A DNA stretch of 63,529 bases, counting the filler, from Octopus bimaculoides (Eukaryota), in assembly GCF_001194135.2 (NCBI RefSeq). It is 7 parts of 7 records of this genome, joined end to end, with 100 filler letters (N's around TTAATTAATTAA, not from the genome) between each part and the next. Parts side by side here need not be neighbours in the genome. Positions count along the whole stretch, not along the records: positions 21,920 to 49,383 come from NC_068991.1; positions 49,484 to 54,361 come from NC_068988.1; 5 more parts are not named here. One strand, 5' to 3'. Positions within the stretch are counted from its first letter, which is position 1. Every line of letters begins with the position of its first letter. The position numbers were made by a program, and so were the translations under genes. This document shows, one piece after another, positions 34,932 to 50,229 of the stretch. The notes under the pieces are model-generated. The model ran no database searches and was not told the origin of the DNA. It saw nothing but the letters and a program-made list of their open reading frames with translations.

Positions 34932-37549
34932 TTTAAAAAATAACATTAACAATAGAAGCAACAACAGAGTCATTCTTTATCAGATACCTTTTCTTCACAG
35001 ATCCTCTGTTCCACGGGGTTTCTTCCAGAGCCAAACGAAGACCAGATCCGGACGTCTAGCATCTGGAATTTTGTCAAATACACATACACCTCTAATGGCT
35101 CAATAATGTGAGCAGTGAAAATTTCACGGCAGGTTTCTGCAAAGGGCAAATGCTGAAGATCACTGGATTTTTGAGAAAATCATCTGTGTAGTTTGTTCTA
35201 GATGTTATCCTATGATAACCTTGCTTAGAATTTTCCCGGACATCACTACTTGTCTAACATATATTTTCATTAACATGAGTGTATGGTACATGACACTTAA
35301 CCAATATCCTGCACAGTGCTACAGAACCTGAATACATGCAGCTACGAGGCCAGCTTCTGAACAACGCAGACATGTATTTACCAATGATTATTGGTCATTT
35401 ATCGGACTTCGATTTTTACTGGTCAGATCAGTCCACCATCCTTACTAATCAAGTGAGGTCAATCCCTTCAGTAATGTGTACATGTTTACACTTCATTATT
35501 GCAGTTCGGTCATTGACCTCATTGTCAATATTTGCGGTTATATTAAGAATATTATCGATAATCGGTGAATGCTTCAATTGTTCGGAACTTTCTCTGCTTT
35601 GAAATGAATCGAAGAATTCTCATGTTAATTTCCTCACATTGAGTGAATAATCACCTTGTTAGAATCTTCCATGTATACATGTATTCCCTTCCTCTTGATA
35701 TAATAGCACCAGACAAAATTACTCCTGTATAGAGATATAGACTAAATATAATTTTACACTTTGACCACTTTCCAATGTTTACGATAGAACAAGCGTCCTT
35801 AATTTCCCCAACGTTACAATTTAGAAACCATAAGATTGAAAATTTTAGCTATTATTTAACTTCGTTTAATACACGGTGAATACAACGATGGATTTCCCTG
35901 ATAATTATGAAGTACTTCTATTTTCCGATGCGTCATATATGCTTTACAAATTTCAACTTGTGTATATTAAGCGGTCAGTAAACTTGATAAATACAGCAGG
36001 CAAAACTCCAAGAAATCACCCTTGATAATTATGGCGAGGATGGATTTAGTCATTGATCTGCAACAAATGCAACTTCGACCTTCATAGGATGAATGAATAA
36101 TATATGATATTTTCTGTATGGCTAAGATCATTATGATATTCCAATTTTAATGTCTACTGACCATTGCAAACTTCGAATACTCATTTCATTTACTTAATGA
36201 AAAGCAGAAACGCACTCTTCGTGACTAGTTAGAAGAATGGTGGAAATTGTCTGAAGACTTGAAACAGAGATGGACGGTAGTAACGTCCCTGATAGCTAAC
36301 TATAATACCATGCCACAGGAAAGTATTTTGATCTTGTGCAACGATATAAACTCGTTCACTACCGTTTGTCACTTCATACAAGAAATCAGATCAACTTGTG
36401 CATATGTACCTGACGCTTAGAGAAGGAATCTCCTGAACCCTCGGAGCAATCAGTTCTGAAGTTAATATCCCATTTTGGATATATCACTTTAGCATCAATG
36501 ATGTTATTGTTCAAATATTTCGAAGGTTAGAAAATGGTAGAAATTTAAGTACCATGAAGGCATGTATGACCAATATATTTATGTGAAGTTGGATTACAGC
36601 CAATAACTTTATGTGAAAAAGATACAATATCGTGGTTATAGAAAGTATTAAATTTGCTCTTGTTATTGTTGTTGTTTGACTAAATCTCAGCTTTGATCAA
36701 AGCATTTCAGTCGTAATAATTCCGGCGTTTTGCTATGTACAGGAAAAGCAGACCCGTTTTTTCGAGAGTGATCTTTCCCAAGTCAAACAACCACGTAGAA
36801 TACCGTTTGTCGCAAAATACATTTGGGAATCAATGATCTAGACGGTTAAAATAATGAAAGACACCAGCATCGAACCAACAGATTGAACTTGTGACACTAA
36901 TGACCCTGAGAAAGATCTTCAATTGTACACCAACACTCTATCTCTCAATTGAATGTTGACCTAGACAATTTAACTATACATAAAATCGTGAACAGCATTA
37001 TTATCAATAAGACTTTTACCACAAAACTACAACAACAATATTGAGAATCATGAAAATAAAACTAAACAGAATATAAAAAAAAAGTGAATAACAATAAAAA
37101 TCGATAACAGCAACTACAGCAAGAAAAGTAATAACCTATATGATGAAACACAAAACCAACATTAGTAAATGAAGATGTTTAGAAAAATATCTGAAATATG
37201 TCATATCTGTCAATGACTTAATTTGCAAATATGACAATGCTAATTAATTCTGTCTCCTGAAATATAAACTTAAGTCTTCTACAAACCCACATACTGGCTT
37301 GGCTTTTCTTTCCATTCCTCTCTCTTCACCACCACTACCCACCACCACTACCCACCACCACCACTATCCACCACCACCACCACCACCACAATCATCATGC
37401 TTCAATTTCTTTCTCTCTCTCTCACTCACTCTCTTACTCTCGGTAACGGTCTCCGGACTTCATCAACACTTAATCTACTACTACTACTACTACTACTGCC
37501 ACTACATACAAAGGCACACTCGCACATGCACACAGACACACGCGTGCGC

Positions 37550-37580
<31 letters not shown>

Positions 37581-39057
37581 TNNNNNNNNNNNNNNNNNNN
37601 NNNNNNNNNNNNNNNNNNNNNNNNNNNNNNNNNNNNNNNNNNNNNNNNNNNNNNNNNNNNNNNNNNNNNNNNNNNNNNNNNNNNNNNNNNNNNNNNNNNN
37701 NNNNNNNNNNNNNNNNNNNNNNNNNNNNNNNNNNNNNNNNNNNNNNNNNNNNNNNNNNNNNNNNNNNNNNNNNNNNNNNNNNNNNNNNNNNNNNNNNNNN
37801 NNNNNNNNNNNNNNNNNNNNNNNNNNNNNNNNNNNNNNNNNNNNNNNNNNNNNNNNNNNNNNNNNNNNNNNNNNNNNNNNNNNNNNNNNNNNNNNNNNNN
37901 NNNNNNNNNNNNNNNNNNNNNNNNNNNNNNNNNNNNNNNNNNNNNNNNNNNNNNNNNNNNNNNNNNNNNNNNNNNNNNNNNNNNNNNNNNNNNNNNNNNN
38001 NNNNNNNNNNNNNNNNNNNNNNNNNNNNNNNNNNNNNNNNNNNNNNNNNNNNNNNNNNNNNNNNNNNNNNNNNNNNNNNNNNNNNNNNNNNNTATATATA
38101 TATATATATTGATGTGGACACTGACATACGCACACGAACACACACACACACACATATATGTACACCCAACTACATATTTGTTTATGGTTATAATGTTTAC
38201 ATATACGAGCTAACGAGTAAGCTATTAAAGAAACGCTCAATCTACGCAAAACAGTAGCTGTATCTCCCTAAAATTAGTCGTAACAAGACATACGGCTTAT
38301 TGTATAATGTTGTCATACACGATTTAAATAAAAGCCTGGGTGATCGCGACATTAGCGTTCTGTTCCGAGCTCTGCTGGGTCATCGCAAACCTGGCGCTGA
38401 CAACGTTTACTTTATATGTACGCGATGTTCGTACGCACATTATTAAGTGAAATCAGGTGTTCACAATTTTAGATTATCGCTCCTTATGAGAATAATCGGT
38501 TGTAGTTAATTACCTGCCTTGAACAGACACTGGTTTTCTCTCTATTTCGGTTTGTCCGTCTCTTTCTCTTTCTGTTTTCTTCATATTTCTGGGGGGTTTT
38601 TTTCTTTTTTTTTTTTGCTCCCTCTGGTTTGCAAACTGCTTATTTACCTTAAATGAACCCAACTCAACTCTTCCGCTATCATTCCCTATTTTCTTTTTCC
38701 TGTTCTCACAACTTCCTTTATCTCTTGTTTGCCTTATTTCTCACTGTTATTGCATTCATGATTACACTCGGTCATATATTATAGATGTCATACACACACA
38801 CACATGCACACGCACACACCAGTATATATATATATATATNNNNNNNNNNNNNNNNNNNNNNNNNNNNNNNNNNNNNNNNNNNNNNNNNNNNNNNNNNNNN
38901 NNNNNNNNNNNNNNNNNNNNNNNNNNNNNNNNNNNNNNNNNNNNNNNNNNNNNNNNNNNNNNNNNNNNNNNNNNNNNNNNNNNNNNNNNNNNNNNNNNNN
39001 NNNNNNNNNNNNNNNNNNNNNNNNNNNNNNNNNNNNNNNNNNNNNNNNNNNNNNNNN

Positions 39058-39091
<34 letters not shown>

Positions 39092-39093
<2 letters not shown>

Positions 39094-39243
39094 CGAAGTG
39101 CTCCTTTTTCAGTTTCCGTCTAATAAATCCACTTACAGTGCTTCAGTCGGCCTGAGGCTACAGTAGAAGACACTTGCCCAAGGTTCCACGCAGTGGGACT
39201 GAACCCAGAACCATGTGGTTGGGAAGCAAGCTTCCTGCCACAC
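39092..39243 (-). mobile_element. SINE family B, 5' half
   Basis: TTTTCAGTTTCCGTCT..AGTAGAAGACACTTGCCCAAGG..GGGACTGAACCCAGAACCATGTGG; abuts (GT)n. Confidence 0.88.
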
Positions 39244-39257
39244 TTTTAGTAGAAGCA

Positions 39258-39305
39258 ATTATAACTGTCCTAGATTATAACTGTCCTAGATTATAACTGT
39301 CCTAG
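39258..39305. repeat. Perfect 3 x 16-bp tandem repeat ATTATAACTGTCCTAG
   Basis: Units at 39258, 39274 and 39290. Confidence 0.97.
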
Positions 39306-39309
39306 GCCT

Positions 39310-39550
39310 TACACTCTGAGACTTTTGGTTGTTTTCCAAAGTGAAAGCGATGATGGAACAAGACGTGGCAAGAGTCTTGGACTCCTTTACATCGGAAGAC
39401 CTTCATGGGACCTTCACGAGGTGGCTGGAGCGCTGTAACAAGTATATCCAAATCAGTGGATCCTATTCTAATGGAGTTTAGAATTTTGTCCTTCTTTGAA
39501 ATTAATAAATACCTCCCTAAAAGAGTCTCGAAACATCCAAATGATATACA
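39310..39550 (+). mobile_element. Mariner transposase C-terminal relic
   Basis: DFWLFSKVK (cf. PCDF.LFPKLK), then VARVLDSFTSEDLHGTFTRWLERCNKYIQISGSYSNGV* (stop ends 39481), mariner-like W..RW.KCI...G.Y. Confidence 0.72.
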
Positions 39551-40164
39551 TATCTACTGCGTACTCGCTCTCATTCACACACAACTAAACTCCCTACAAA
39601 GGTACATAGAAGTCCACTTTCAAATACGTATGTATAAATATACTCTCGTGTTAAAAACAGACACCTCGTACACACTCGCACACTCACACATACGCGCACA
39701 CACAAGCTCTTGCACACCAAAGTGTGCATACATATGCTCACACATAAACCAACCCTCCATCATATAAAGACACGGCGAAAAATACATTCAAACATGCTTT
39801 TGTGCAGTGACACTCACAGAAACGTATACGCACATATAAACACTGATATTCAGATGCATTGCACACACACGCTCAAACGCACGCACTTACACAAGGAGAC
39901 ATACAGAGATATCCGTGCACCCGCAAGTGATTCCGTGAAAATGAAAGCTGATAGTTGCGTTTAATAGTGAACTTGTTACCAATTTGAATATTACCTGTCA
40001 GGATCGCTTACGAAATTACCTAAACGATTTCGAAGGAAATTTATTTGATATTTTCATAATTACGATAAAATATATTTGATATTTTGATAAATTGCATAAG
40101 GTATGGTAGGGGGTGAACGAATCGGTCTAATGGTGGAAAAATATATCTTGCAATTTGTCATTAA

Positions 40165-40440
40165 GCTAAGGCGACAGGATGCTAGAATCATTAGCACGCC
40201 AAGGAAAATGCTTAGTGGTATTTCACCCGCCTTTCGTTCTCAGTTCAGTTCCCTCCCTCCAACTTGCTAGCGTTGTACTAAAATTTGAAGTCATTATGTC
40301 GTGAAGCGAAGGTAACACGATGGCAGTTTATTTAGAACGTCGGAAAAAATGCTTTGCATCAGTTTCTTTGGCTTTACGTTCTGAGTTCAAATTCTGCCAT
40401 GATCAACAGTCCCGTTCACCCTCTGGGGATCATTTTATCC
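40165..40440 (+). mobile_element. Two degraded SINE-A head fragments
   Basis: AGAATCATTAGCACGCC..AAATGCTTAG at 40185 and TTTACGTTCTGAGTTCAAATTCTGCC at 40373. Confidence 0.65.
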
Positions 40441-41635
40441 AGGGAGAATGCTATGTTTCATAGGGTCTTTAAAAGCATTACCAACATTTGAACAAAATAC
40501 TTAATGGTTAATATCCATTACTTAAAATTATTGCCAGATTGTAAGATGCATTAAATAAAATAGGAGAAAGATTATGAAATTTCGTGAAGTGTCTACAATT
40601 TAAATTTAAAGAAACATCTTAAATTTATTTATTTTTCAACGTGATGTTGTAACTGTAAGATTGCAGATTTCTTCTAAGAAATATTAGCTTTATCAGGTCA
40701 GAATTTTTAAATTCAAATTCTTGTCATATATCTGTGATAATTTGTCATTACATAAATCTCTAAACTAATCCTCTTCTGACTTTACACTACGTTATTTATG
40801 CAGCATTATTAATATTAGACGACAGAAAGGAAATATAGTGAATACAACGAAGTTAATTTAGATGTATACTATCATTACCCTATGTTCATTTATATAATTT
40901 TATTGAAGGAATTATCTCCCCTGGATACATTCTGTGACATCACACCATTTTGCAAGTAGATTACCCTCGAATAACAAGCACAAATATAATATATTGTTAT
41001 ATATTTCTTCGATTCCTTTTGTCTATACTTTATTGTTATTTTTCCTTTATATCGATCATACTTCCTTTAAATCTTATATCCTGTTTGCTATTTTCTTTTT
41101 CTCTTCAACGCTTTGATCTTTTTTTTTTCTACTTATACCTTTTCTACTTTGATTTGTGCTTTCGCCTTTTATTTTCTCCTCATATATCTTATTTTCCTTT
41201 CTCTATCATTATTTAAATTTACCGGCTTTCCTTTGATTCTTTCTTTATAGTGAATACACTTTTTTTTTCATCGCACACTTCTTTGTTCCTATTTTCTCTC
41301 CAAGTATTATATTCGCCATTCATATATATATATATATATATATATANNNNNNNNNNNNNNNNNNNNNNNNNNNNNNNNNNNNNNNNNNNNNNNNNNNNNN
41401 NNNNNNNNNNNNNNNNNNNNNNNNNNNNNNNNNNNNNNNNNNNNNNNNNNNNNNNNNNNNNNNNNNNNNNATATATATACATATATATATATATGTGTAT
41501 ATATATACATATACATACATATACATATATATTTATATGTCTGTGTGTATGTATATATGTGTATATGTATAAGTACATATGTATACATATATGTATGTAT
41601 ATTTGTATAATTATATGTGGGTGTTTACGTGTGTG

Positions 41636-41675
<40 letters not shown>

Positions 41676-41685
41676 NNNNNNNNNN

Positions 41686-41728
<43 letters not shown>

Positions 41729-43250
41729 CTTTATTCGTGGTAAGTATATATTTGAGAATGAATGCGCTCGTGTGAGGTAACAACTGTTTCAAACTCATGA
41801 TTCTATATATATACTGCTGACCTTATATATATAGGCACCAGCAATCAGTCGATCAATAGATATATTTATGTGCGTGTGTTTGTGAGTGTGTATAGAAGTT
41901 CGAACTCTCCATTGAAGGGTGTTATTTTATTATCATTATTATTATTATTATCGCATCCACCTTCGTATTTACGAAATAAGAACAACCACCAATCGCCATA
42001 GCGTTTACATCATATCCACTGAAGAGAAAATACCTCGGCCGTATAAGCCTAACAGCATAAAATCTTTAAGTATGGATTTAAAATACTACCTTCTGGTTGC
42101 AAAAAAATGGAAGGGTTGCAAAAACAAACAAAAACAACTATATGTTTCTACAGAGAGAAACCACAAGCCTAAATCGATCACGCTTATGATTTCAAACAAA
42201 ACCCAATCTCACCACATGCCAAATATATTTCTTACGTTCATTTATTTTATATATATATATATATATATACCTCTACGTTTTTCTTGCTATCTTTCTTTGT
42301 TGCTTTATTCATTTCTTTGGGTAATGTTGCTCGAATGGCTTTAGTGTATTACAGTTATTCTGTATTTCTTTTATCCGAAGCTTCTTCTTTCGTTATATAT
42401 ATATATATATATANNNNNNNNNNNNNNNNNNNNNNNNNNNNNNNNNNNNNNNNNNNNNNNNNNNNNNNNNNNNNNNNNNNNNNNNNNNNNNNNNNNNNNN
42501 NNNNNNNNNNNNNNNNNNNNNNNNNNNNNNNNNNNNNNNNNNNNNNNNNNNNNNNNNNNNNNNNNNNNNNNNNNNNNNNNNNNNNNNNNNNNNNNNNNNN
42601 NNNNNNNNNNNNNNNNNNNNNNNNNNNNNNNNNNNNNNNNNNNNNNNNNNNNNNNNNNNNNNNNNNNNNNNNNNNNNNNNNNNNNNNNNNNNNNNNNNNN
42701 NNNNNNNNNNNNNNNNNNNNNNNNNNNNNNNNNNNNNNNNNNNNNNNNNNNNNNNNNNNNNNNNNNNNNNNNNNNNNNNNNNNNNNNNNNNNNNNNNNNN
42801 NNNNNNNNNNNNNNNNNNNNNNNNNNNNNNNNNNNNNNNNNNNNNNNNNNNNNNNNNNNNNNNNNNNNNNNNNNNNNNNNNNNNNNNNNNNNNNNNNNNN
42901 NNNNNNNNNNNNNNNNNNNNNNNNNNNNNNNNNNNNNNNNNNNNNNNNNNNNNNNNNNNNNNNNNNNNNNNNNNNNNNNNNNNNNNNNNNNNNNNNNNNN
43001 NNNNNNNNNNNNNNNNNNNNNNNNNNNNNNNNNNNNNNNNNNNNNNNNNNNNNNNNNNNNNNNNNNNNNNNNNNNNNNNNNNNNNNNNNNNNNNNNNNNN
43101 NNNNNNNNNNNNNNNNNNNNNNNNNNNNNNNNNNNNNNNNNNNNNNNNNNNNNNNNNNNNNNNNNNNNNNNNNNNNNNNNNNNNNNNNNNNNNNNNNACG
43201 TACAGTATAAAGATACTAAATGGTAGTAGTTGTCATATGTATATATGTGT

Positions 43251-43346
<96 letters not shown>

Positions 43347-43673
43347 ATATATATATATTGCATGTATATGTTCTATATATATACACACACATTATATATA
43401 TACGCACTATATATGTATGAACATTATATTATATATATATATGTATACCTATGGATATATATACACATTTTCTATGTATATGTGTGCGTGTATACGTGTC
43501 TGTGTGTGTGTGGTTGTGTGTGTATAAAGTGAGAGATAACGAGTACGTTTATATTCAAATATTTTGTGTCTAGAGACTAGTTTATTTTCCTGTATCTACG
43601 TAAACATTTATGTAAATATATACATATATACATTTGAGCGTACACACACACACATATCTTAATGCATATATAA

Positions 43674-43733
<60 letters not shown>

Positions 43734-43743
43734 GAATGTATAC

Positions 43744-43782
<39 letters not shown>

Positions 43783-44743
43783 AGTGCTTGTTTGTTTGTG
43801 CGCGTGTGTGTGTGTGTGTGTTTGTTTGTATACGTATGCTTATTATATATGTATATGGATGGATGGTTGATTGCATGCATATATGTATGCCTGTATGTAT
43901 GTATGGTTTCATGTGGCGGTGTTAAAGCGAACATACTTTATACTTTATATCTTAATAGTACAAATTCTAAGAGCCAGAGTATGTTTAACGATCCAACTCT
44001 AGGTGTGTCTTTTGCATGGCTGCATTAATTGATGGACGAGAGAACATTAATACACATAAACACACACATACATACACACACGTATATATAAAGATATACA
44101 TAAATGTACATATATATATATATGTGTGTGTGTGTGTGTNNNNNNNNNNNNNNNNNNNNNNNNNNNNNNNNNNNNNNNNNNNNNNNNNNNNNNNNNNNNN
44201 NNNNNNNNNNNNNNNNNNNNNNNNNNNNNNNNNNNNNNNNNNNNNNNNNNNNNNNNNNNNNNNNNNNNNNNNNNNNNNNNNNNNNNNNNNNNNNNNNNNN
44301 NNNNNNNNNNNNNNNNNNNNNNNNNNNNNNNNNNNNNNNNNNNNNNNNNNNNNNNNNNNNNNNNNNNNNNNNNNNNNNNNNNNNNNNNNNNNNNNNNNNN
44401 NNNNNNNNNNNNNNNNNNNNNNNNNNNNNNNNNNNNNNNNNNNNNNNNNNNNNNNNNNNNNNNNNNNNNNNNNNNNNNNNNNNNNNNNNNNNNNNNNNNN
44501 NNNNNNNNNNNNNNNNNNNNNNNNNNNNNNNNNNNNNNNNNNNNNNNNNNNNNNNNNNNNNNNNNNNNNNNNNNNNNNNNNNNNNNNNNNNNNNNNNNNN
44601 NNNNNNNNNNNNNNNNNNNNNNNNNNNNNNNNNNNNNNNNNNNNNNNNNNNNNNNNNNNNNNNNNNNNNNNNNNNNNNNNNNNNNNNNNNNNNNNNNNNN
44701 NNNNNNNNNNNNNNNNNNNNNNNNNNNNNNNNNNNNNNNNNNN

Positions 44744-44790
<47 letters not shown>

Positions 44791-44823
44791 TATATACATA
44801 TATATATACACATATATATATAC

Positions 44824-44855
<32 letters not shown>

Positions 44856-46744
44856 ATTTATATTTACATATACATATATATATATGTATATATATATGTG
44901 TGCATATATATATGTATATATTTATATGTACACACACACACACACGCATTAGACTATATATATCTATATATTTATATGCATATATATCTGTGCGTGTATG
45001 CTTGTTTGTCTGTGTGTGTTTGTGTTTGTGTGTGTGTATTTACTTGTGACGAGGCATAAATATCTGCACATCTACGGTTACAAATACTTACAAGCACATA
45101 TTTCCAGGAAGTTACACTTTTCAGCATCCACTGAAAGATTCTTGATCCTTGCATCGTAATTAGTCACGTTCTGAACTACACGTGGCTTTCTGGAACTCCA
45201 ATAAAGGGGAGAAATTCTTTCTCGAATTTCATCCTAGATTTTTTTGGAAAAGATTAACATAATACAACTCTGTGATCCTAGATTCATATTTACGATAAAG
45301 ATAAGACACAGGATGATAAAGACTAGAATGCTTTTGAATGGAACACCCTCTATAATTTCTCCTGTTGCTCAATATCTGCAGCAAGCTATTAACGTAGATC
45401 CCTACACAAGCAATGCAGGTTGTTTACGCAAATGGAAAACTGGCTGAAAAGCAAATCCATTATCCATTTGGCACACAAAGGCGATCTAACCAATTTGCTA
45501 TAGATGTACGAACTCTACCTCTGTATGATAACATCTTCGCTTGCATTACACTGTTGCGAGTCAAAACGGCATAGCTAAAGTGTTGCACTGTTTTTTTTTT
45601 GTTTTTTTTTCCTTATATCTATTGTAATGTAACAGCGATCGCCAACCATCTCACTTTGATCAATTGTTTTTCGCTAGCTTGGTTTAATCCTGCCTTTTCT
45701 TCCACGTTCAACTTGGAATCTTCAGTGTTAAGGTATTCGTAATTTATACACCTTCCTCAGAAATCTTCGAAGATTAGGAGCACTTAATAATAAATGAAAA
45801 ATCTATATAATAATTTACTTGTTCGTTCGCCTGTTATCCATTAGTGTCTTAGAGAGTGGAGGTAGAATAAGAGGTGGGGTAAGAGAGAGAAAGCGAGAGA
45901 GAAATGAAGGAGGAAGAGTGAAAGAAATAGAGAAAGGTGATTAATATTAATAGATATAGCCAAATATACACGTGATCAGCTGAAGGTACAGGCGGAGAAC
46001 GGGAGAAAAAGAGGCCGAGAGAAAAAGGAGATAGGTGTGTTGATGACGATCTGTGGGGTGCGGAAGAAATGCTTATTACGTGGTGAAAAGGTTAGCTGAA
46101 AGGAAAAGCAGATAGGGGGGATGTGCAGAGAGACAGAAATATAGCGGTTGTGGCGATGGTGGTATGTTGTTACTGAAAAGTATCTTTTTATTGAATTACT
46201 TATTTTATAGCGACCATTGCATACGCATAAGTGCAATTATTTGTCGTCTGCCTGCTTAAAAAAATTAATATTTGGATTAATTAGCCTCAGCTCTGGCTTC
46301 ACAAGAAACACTGTCGCAAACTTCCCGACAAAGAATGCGCAGACATAGAACACGGATCAAAGAGGAACAGCGAGAAAACGTAATAAAAAAGGGGGAACGG
46401 AAACGCGGGGAGATGAATGTAAACAAACGTCAAGAATTTTTTTTTTTTTTTTTAAGCTAGACTTTGAACTCTATAAAAATGCAAATAATCTTTTTTGTCC
46501 TAAATCGGCTCTATTAAGTTTTTCTATTCCGCGGAATTGCTACAGGGCCTGCTAACAAATACTAAATCGTTTTCATTTCGTTATACATTTTAAGTATCGT
46601 TGGAAAAATGTGTTATTTGTTCTGTCTTTAATTCCGCGTTGTTCTATTTAAATTTCGAACATTTCTTTCGACTTACAGAAATTCAGATTCTATCAGAAGC
46701 AACTGGTATTGATGTATCTGCGTTTATTTCAACTGGAGGAAATC

Positions 46745-46810
46745 AAACATGAACCCGGACCTATGTGGTTGGTAAGTAAGCTACTTACCACACAGCTACT
46801 CCTGCGCCTA
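46745..46810 (-). mobile_element. SINE family B head fragment
   Basis: GAACCCGGACCTATGTGGTTGGTAAGTAAGCTACTTACCACACAGCTACTCCTGCGCCT. Confidence 0.85.
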
Positions 46811-47099
46811 TATATATAATTTTGCTACAGGTACTCGTATTTCATATTATATTTTTTTTATCTCTGTTTCAATTCTGAGTAGTGTCAAAAGTAATTTGGT
46901 TCATCTTTGTGACTCTATAAATTTTCCGTATTTGCATCGCAAGCATACACTGTGAGAAATAACGGTTCTTCCGAAAAATAGCTGTTTTTCAGGAAATTTA
47001 TTTACTGAGTTGCACACGATAACTGCAAAATATTCTTCAGTTCTGCCACCACTTTATCACATTATGTGTGGTAAATATGAGAATTACTACTATTATACG

Positions 47100-47151
47100 A
47101 ATACTGTTGCTACTACTACTACTACTACTACTGATAATAATAATAATAATG

Positions 47152-47185
<34 letters not shown>

Positions 47186-47875
47186 TGATAATAATAATAA
47201 TAATTATTATTATTATTACTATTATTATTTTTATCATTATTATTATTATTATAGAACTACTAATTCTATTAAGAATTCAGCTGCTACTGTTTCTTTTAGT
47301 TTGTCACATCTGCTTTGCCAAGGTACTCTCTTGCACCACTCTTGACGATAATGCTAACAATACCGTAATAACGAAGAGTGAGAGTGGAGGAGGAGGAGGA
47401 GGAGGAGCAGGAGCAGGAGCAGGAGGAGCAGANNNNNNNNNNNNNNNNNNNNNNNNNNNNNNNNNNNNNNNNNNNNNNNNNNNNNNNNNNNNNNNNNNNN
47501 NNNNNNNNNNNNNNNNNNNNNNNNNNNNNNNNNNNNNNNNNNNNNNNNNNNNNNNNNNNNNNNNNNNNNNNNNNNNNNNNNNNNNNNNNNNNNNNNNNNN
47601 NNNNNNNNNNNNNNNNNNNNNNNNNNNNNNNNNNNNNNNNNNNNNNNNNNNNNNNNNNNNNNNNNNNNNNNNNNNNNNNNNNNNNNNNNNNNNNNNNNNN
47701 NNNNNNNNNNNNNNNNNNNNNNNNNNNNNNNNNNNNNNNNNNNNNNNNNNNNNNNNNNNNNNNNNNNNNNNNNNNNNNNNNNNNNNNNNNNNNNNNNNNN
47801 NNNNNNNNNNNNNNNNNNNNNNNNNNNNNNNNNNNNNNNNNNNNGGGAGGACGAGGGGAGGGGGAGGAGGAATGA

Positions 47876-47918
<43 letters not shown>

Positions 47919-48047
47919 AAGAACAACAACAGCAAGATTAAAAACAAAAATGAATTTATCGTGATAGAAAGTCTACAAGACAAAGTATGTTCTAATAAGG
48001 ATTTGTAATAACAGTGAATGTTGTTGTCGTTGTTGTTATAGTGTGCT

Positions 48048-48124
<77 letters not shown>

Positions 48125-48206
48125 CATTATTATTGATATTGTCAGGTGTTATAAAAATTAAGATGAGAGACAATATCCAACACACACACATACACTCACA
48201 CACTCG

Positions 48207-48247
<41 letters not shown>

Positions 48248-49066
48248 CTGTAACAAGATAAAGCAGAAATTCGAAGTATATAACGAAAGAGATAGCGGAG
48301 AAAAAGAAGAAGGACGGCAACAAGAAATATGAAAAGGAAGAAAAACAAGGAAGAAGAGAAATAGTACCGCAAGGAGAGGAGGTGGGAGAGGAGGAGGAGA
48401 AGGAGGAGAGATGAGAAGAAAAACAGCAATGATTAGAAGAAAAAAGATGGAGACGAAAATAAAGAAGAAGAAGAAGAAGAAGAAGAAGAAGAAGAAGAAG
48501 AAGAAGAAGAAGAAGAAGAAGAAGAAGAAGAAGAAGAAGAAATAGTGGGTGTCGAAGGATTGGCATAACTGAAGCATCGTCAATAATTCGATTGTTACAA
48601 CAAGGTCAGCTACAAAAAGAAATATGGGGGAAAGATGAAAATACAATAGTAGATGACAAAAATGAAGAAATGAAGGGAAAAAAATTAGTACGAGAAAGAA
48701 ACAGCGAAATAATAATGAGAGATGGTGAGAGAGAGGGAGAGAGACAGAGAGGAGAAGAAAATATGCTGAGAGAGGAAGAACAAAAAATAATGGTAGGAAT
48801 ATAACAATATGCAGAAAGAGTAAGGAAACTATGAAAAAAAAGAATAATGCCGGTAAAACGGAAAAGATGAGCATAAAAAAAATCGATGGAAATAAAAGTA
48901 CAATAGTAAAAAATATAAAATATTAATAACGAGAACAAAGAAAACAATAACGACAATACTACTACTACTACTACTCCTACAATCTACCACTACTACTATT
49001 ATTAATAATAATAATAATATTAATAATAATAGTATTATTAATAATTATAATAATATTAATAATAAT

Positions 49067-49122
<56 letters not shown>

Positions 49123-49135
49123 TGATAATAATAAC
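47100..49135. repeat. Cluster of trinucleotide arrays: (ACT), (AAT), (GGA), (ATT), (GAA)
   Basis: For example (ATT)n 48050-48137, (GAA)n 48460-48541, (AAT)n 48990-49135. Confidence 0.92.
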
Positions 49136-50229
49136 GTAATATGAAAAATACAAGGAAATCATTAACGGTAACAATATCAAAGAGTATAAATAAAGGTAAA
49201 TAAGAATTTAAATCACAATAATTGTTTATTTATATATTTATATATTTGGTTCTTTACGCCTTTATCGTTTTACATCGGTAAAGCATAAAAGGTGATCAAA
49301 GTACCTTTTATATCAGCCATCCAAATAGATCATTTTATCGATACGCACACTCCTATACATATATATATCGATACATATATATANNNNNNNNNNNNNNNNN
49401 NNNNNNNNNNNNNNNNNNNNNNNNNNNTTAATTAATTAANNNNNNNNNNNNNNNNNNNNNNNNNNNNNNNNNNNNNNNNNNNNTATATATGTATTCATAT
49501 ACATATACACACACGCGCGCGCATACAGACACACACACACACATATGGATACGTATGTATTTATACGCGCAAAACAGATAGTTTGCAGCAATTTCTAAAA
49601 CTAATTGATTCTTCGGCTGAATAATTTTGCTTGGATATTAAATTATACATTCTCCACATTTGTTCATCATCATTACATGTGCCACATATACGCACTTTAA
49701 TGTTTATATATTTGTGTATGCATAATTAATAATAAAAAAAGAGCTTAGGGAAATAACTCAGGGACATCATTGCTCTTATATGAACAACAAAAAAATAGAC
49801 GTAAACCAAACAACATAAATTCTTGTTTTATTAAAAGTATCTCTGCCTGTAGAGGTTGTATCACAGTTATCAAATGGTGATAGAGACCGGCACGATATGA
49901 GAAACGGAAATAATTTCAAGAATAAAGAATTCTCCAAATTTGACATTCCATTGAGGAAATGGACAAGTTTATTGTATGGAAAGTTTATTGTGGAGAGTGG
50001 TGAGCACCTTTTCTTCATCAGCGTGACAATGGCTCTACCTTATCAGCTGCAGACTTATATAAAAATTCTAGAACACAATTAAAACCAAGTTAATAATCTG
50101 GCTAAAATGACCCATTGTCTCCAGACAATAAATCTGTCCTTTTCCTTAATATTATCAAATTCTCCGTGGCATTCCTTCCGACTCATGAAGTTGTAACTTT
50201 AAATCCCTCGGAAGTCAAATTTACCGTTT

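Noticed and set aside
36251-36270. Other CTGANGA words (2689, 15700, 17660, 36251, 51285) as hammerheads
   Set aside because: No stem II/GAAA or stem I pairing can be formed.
19804-45059. Long ORFs of 160-347 aa in the track (e.g. 19848, 32177, 37299, 42284, 44016)
   Set aside because: They are made of X from N gaps plus YI/VC/HT dipeptides from SSRs.
45370-45560. Possible further R4/Dong RT relic (WLKSKSIIHLAHKGD)
   Set aside because: Too degenerate to support without an alignment.
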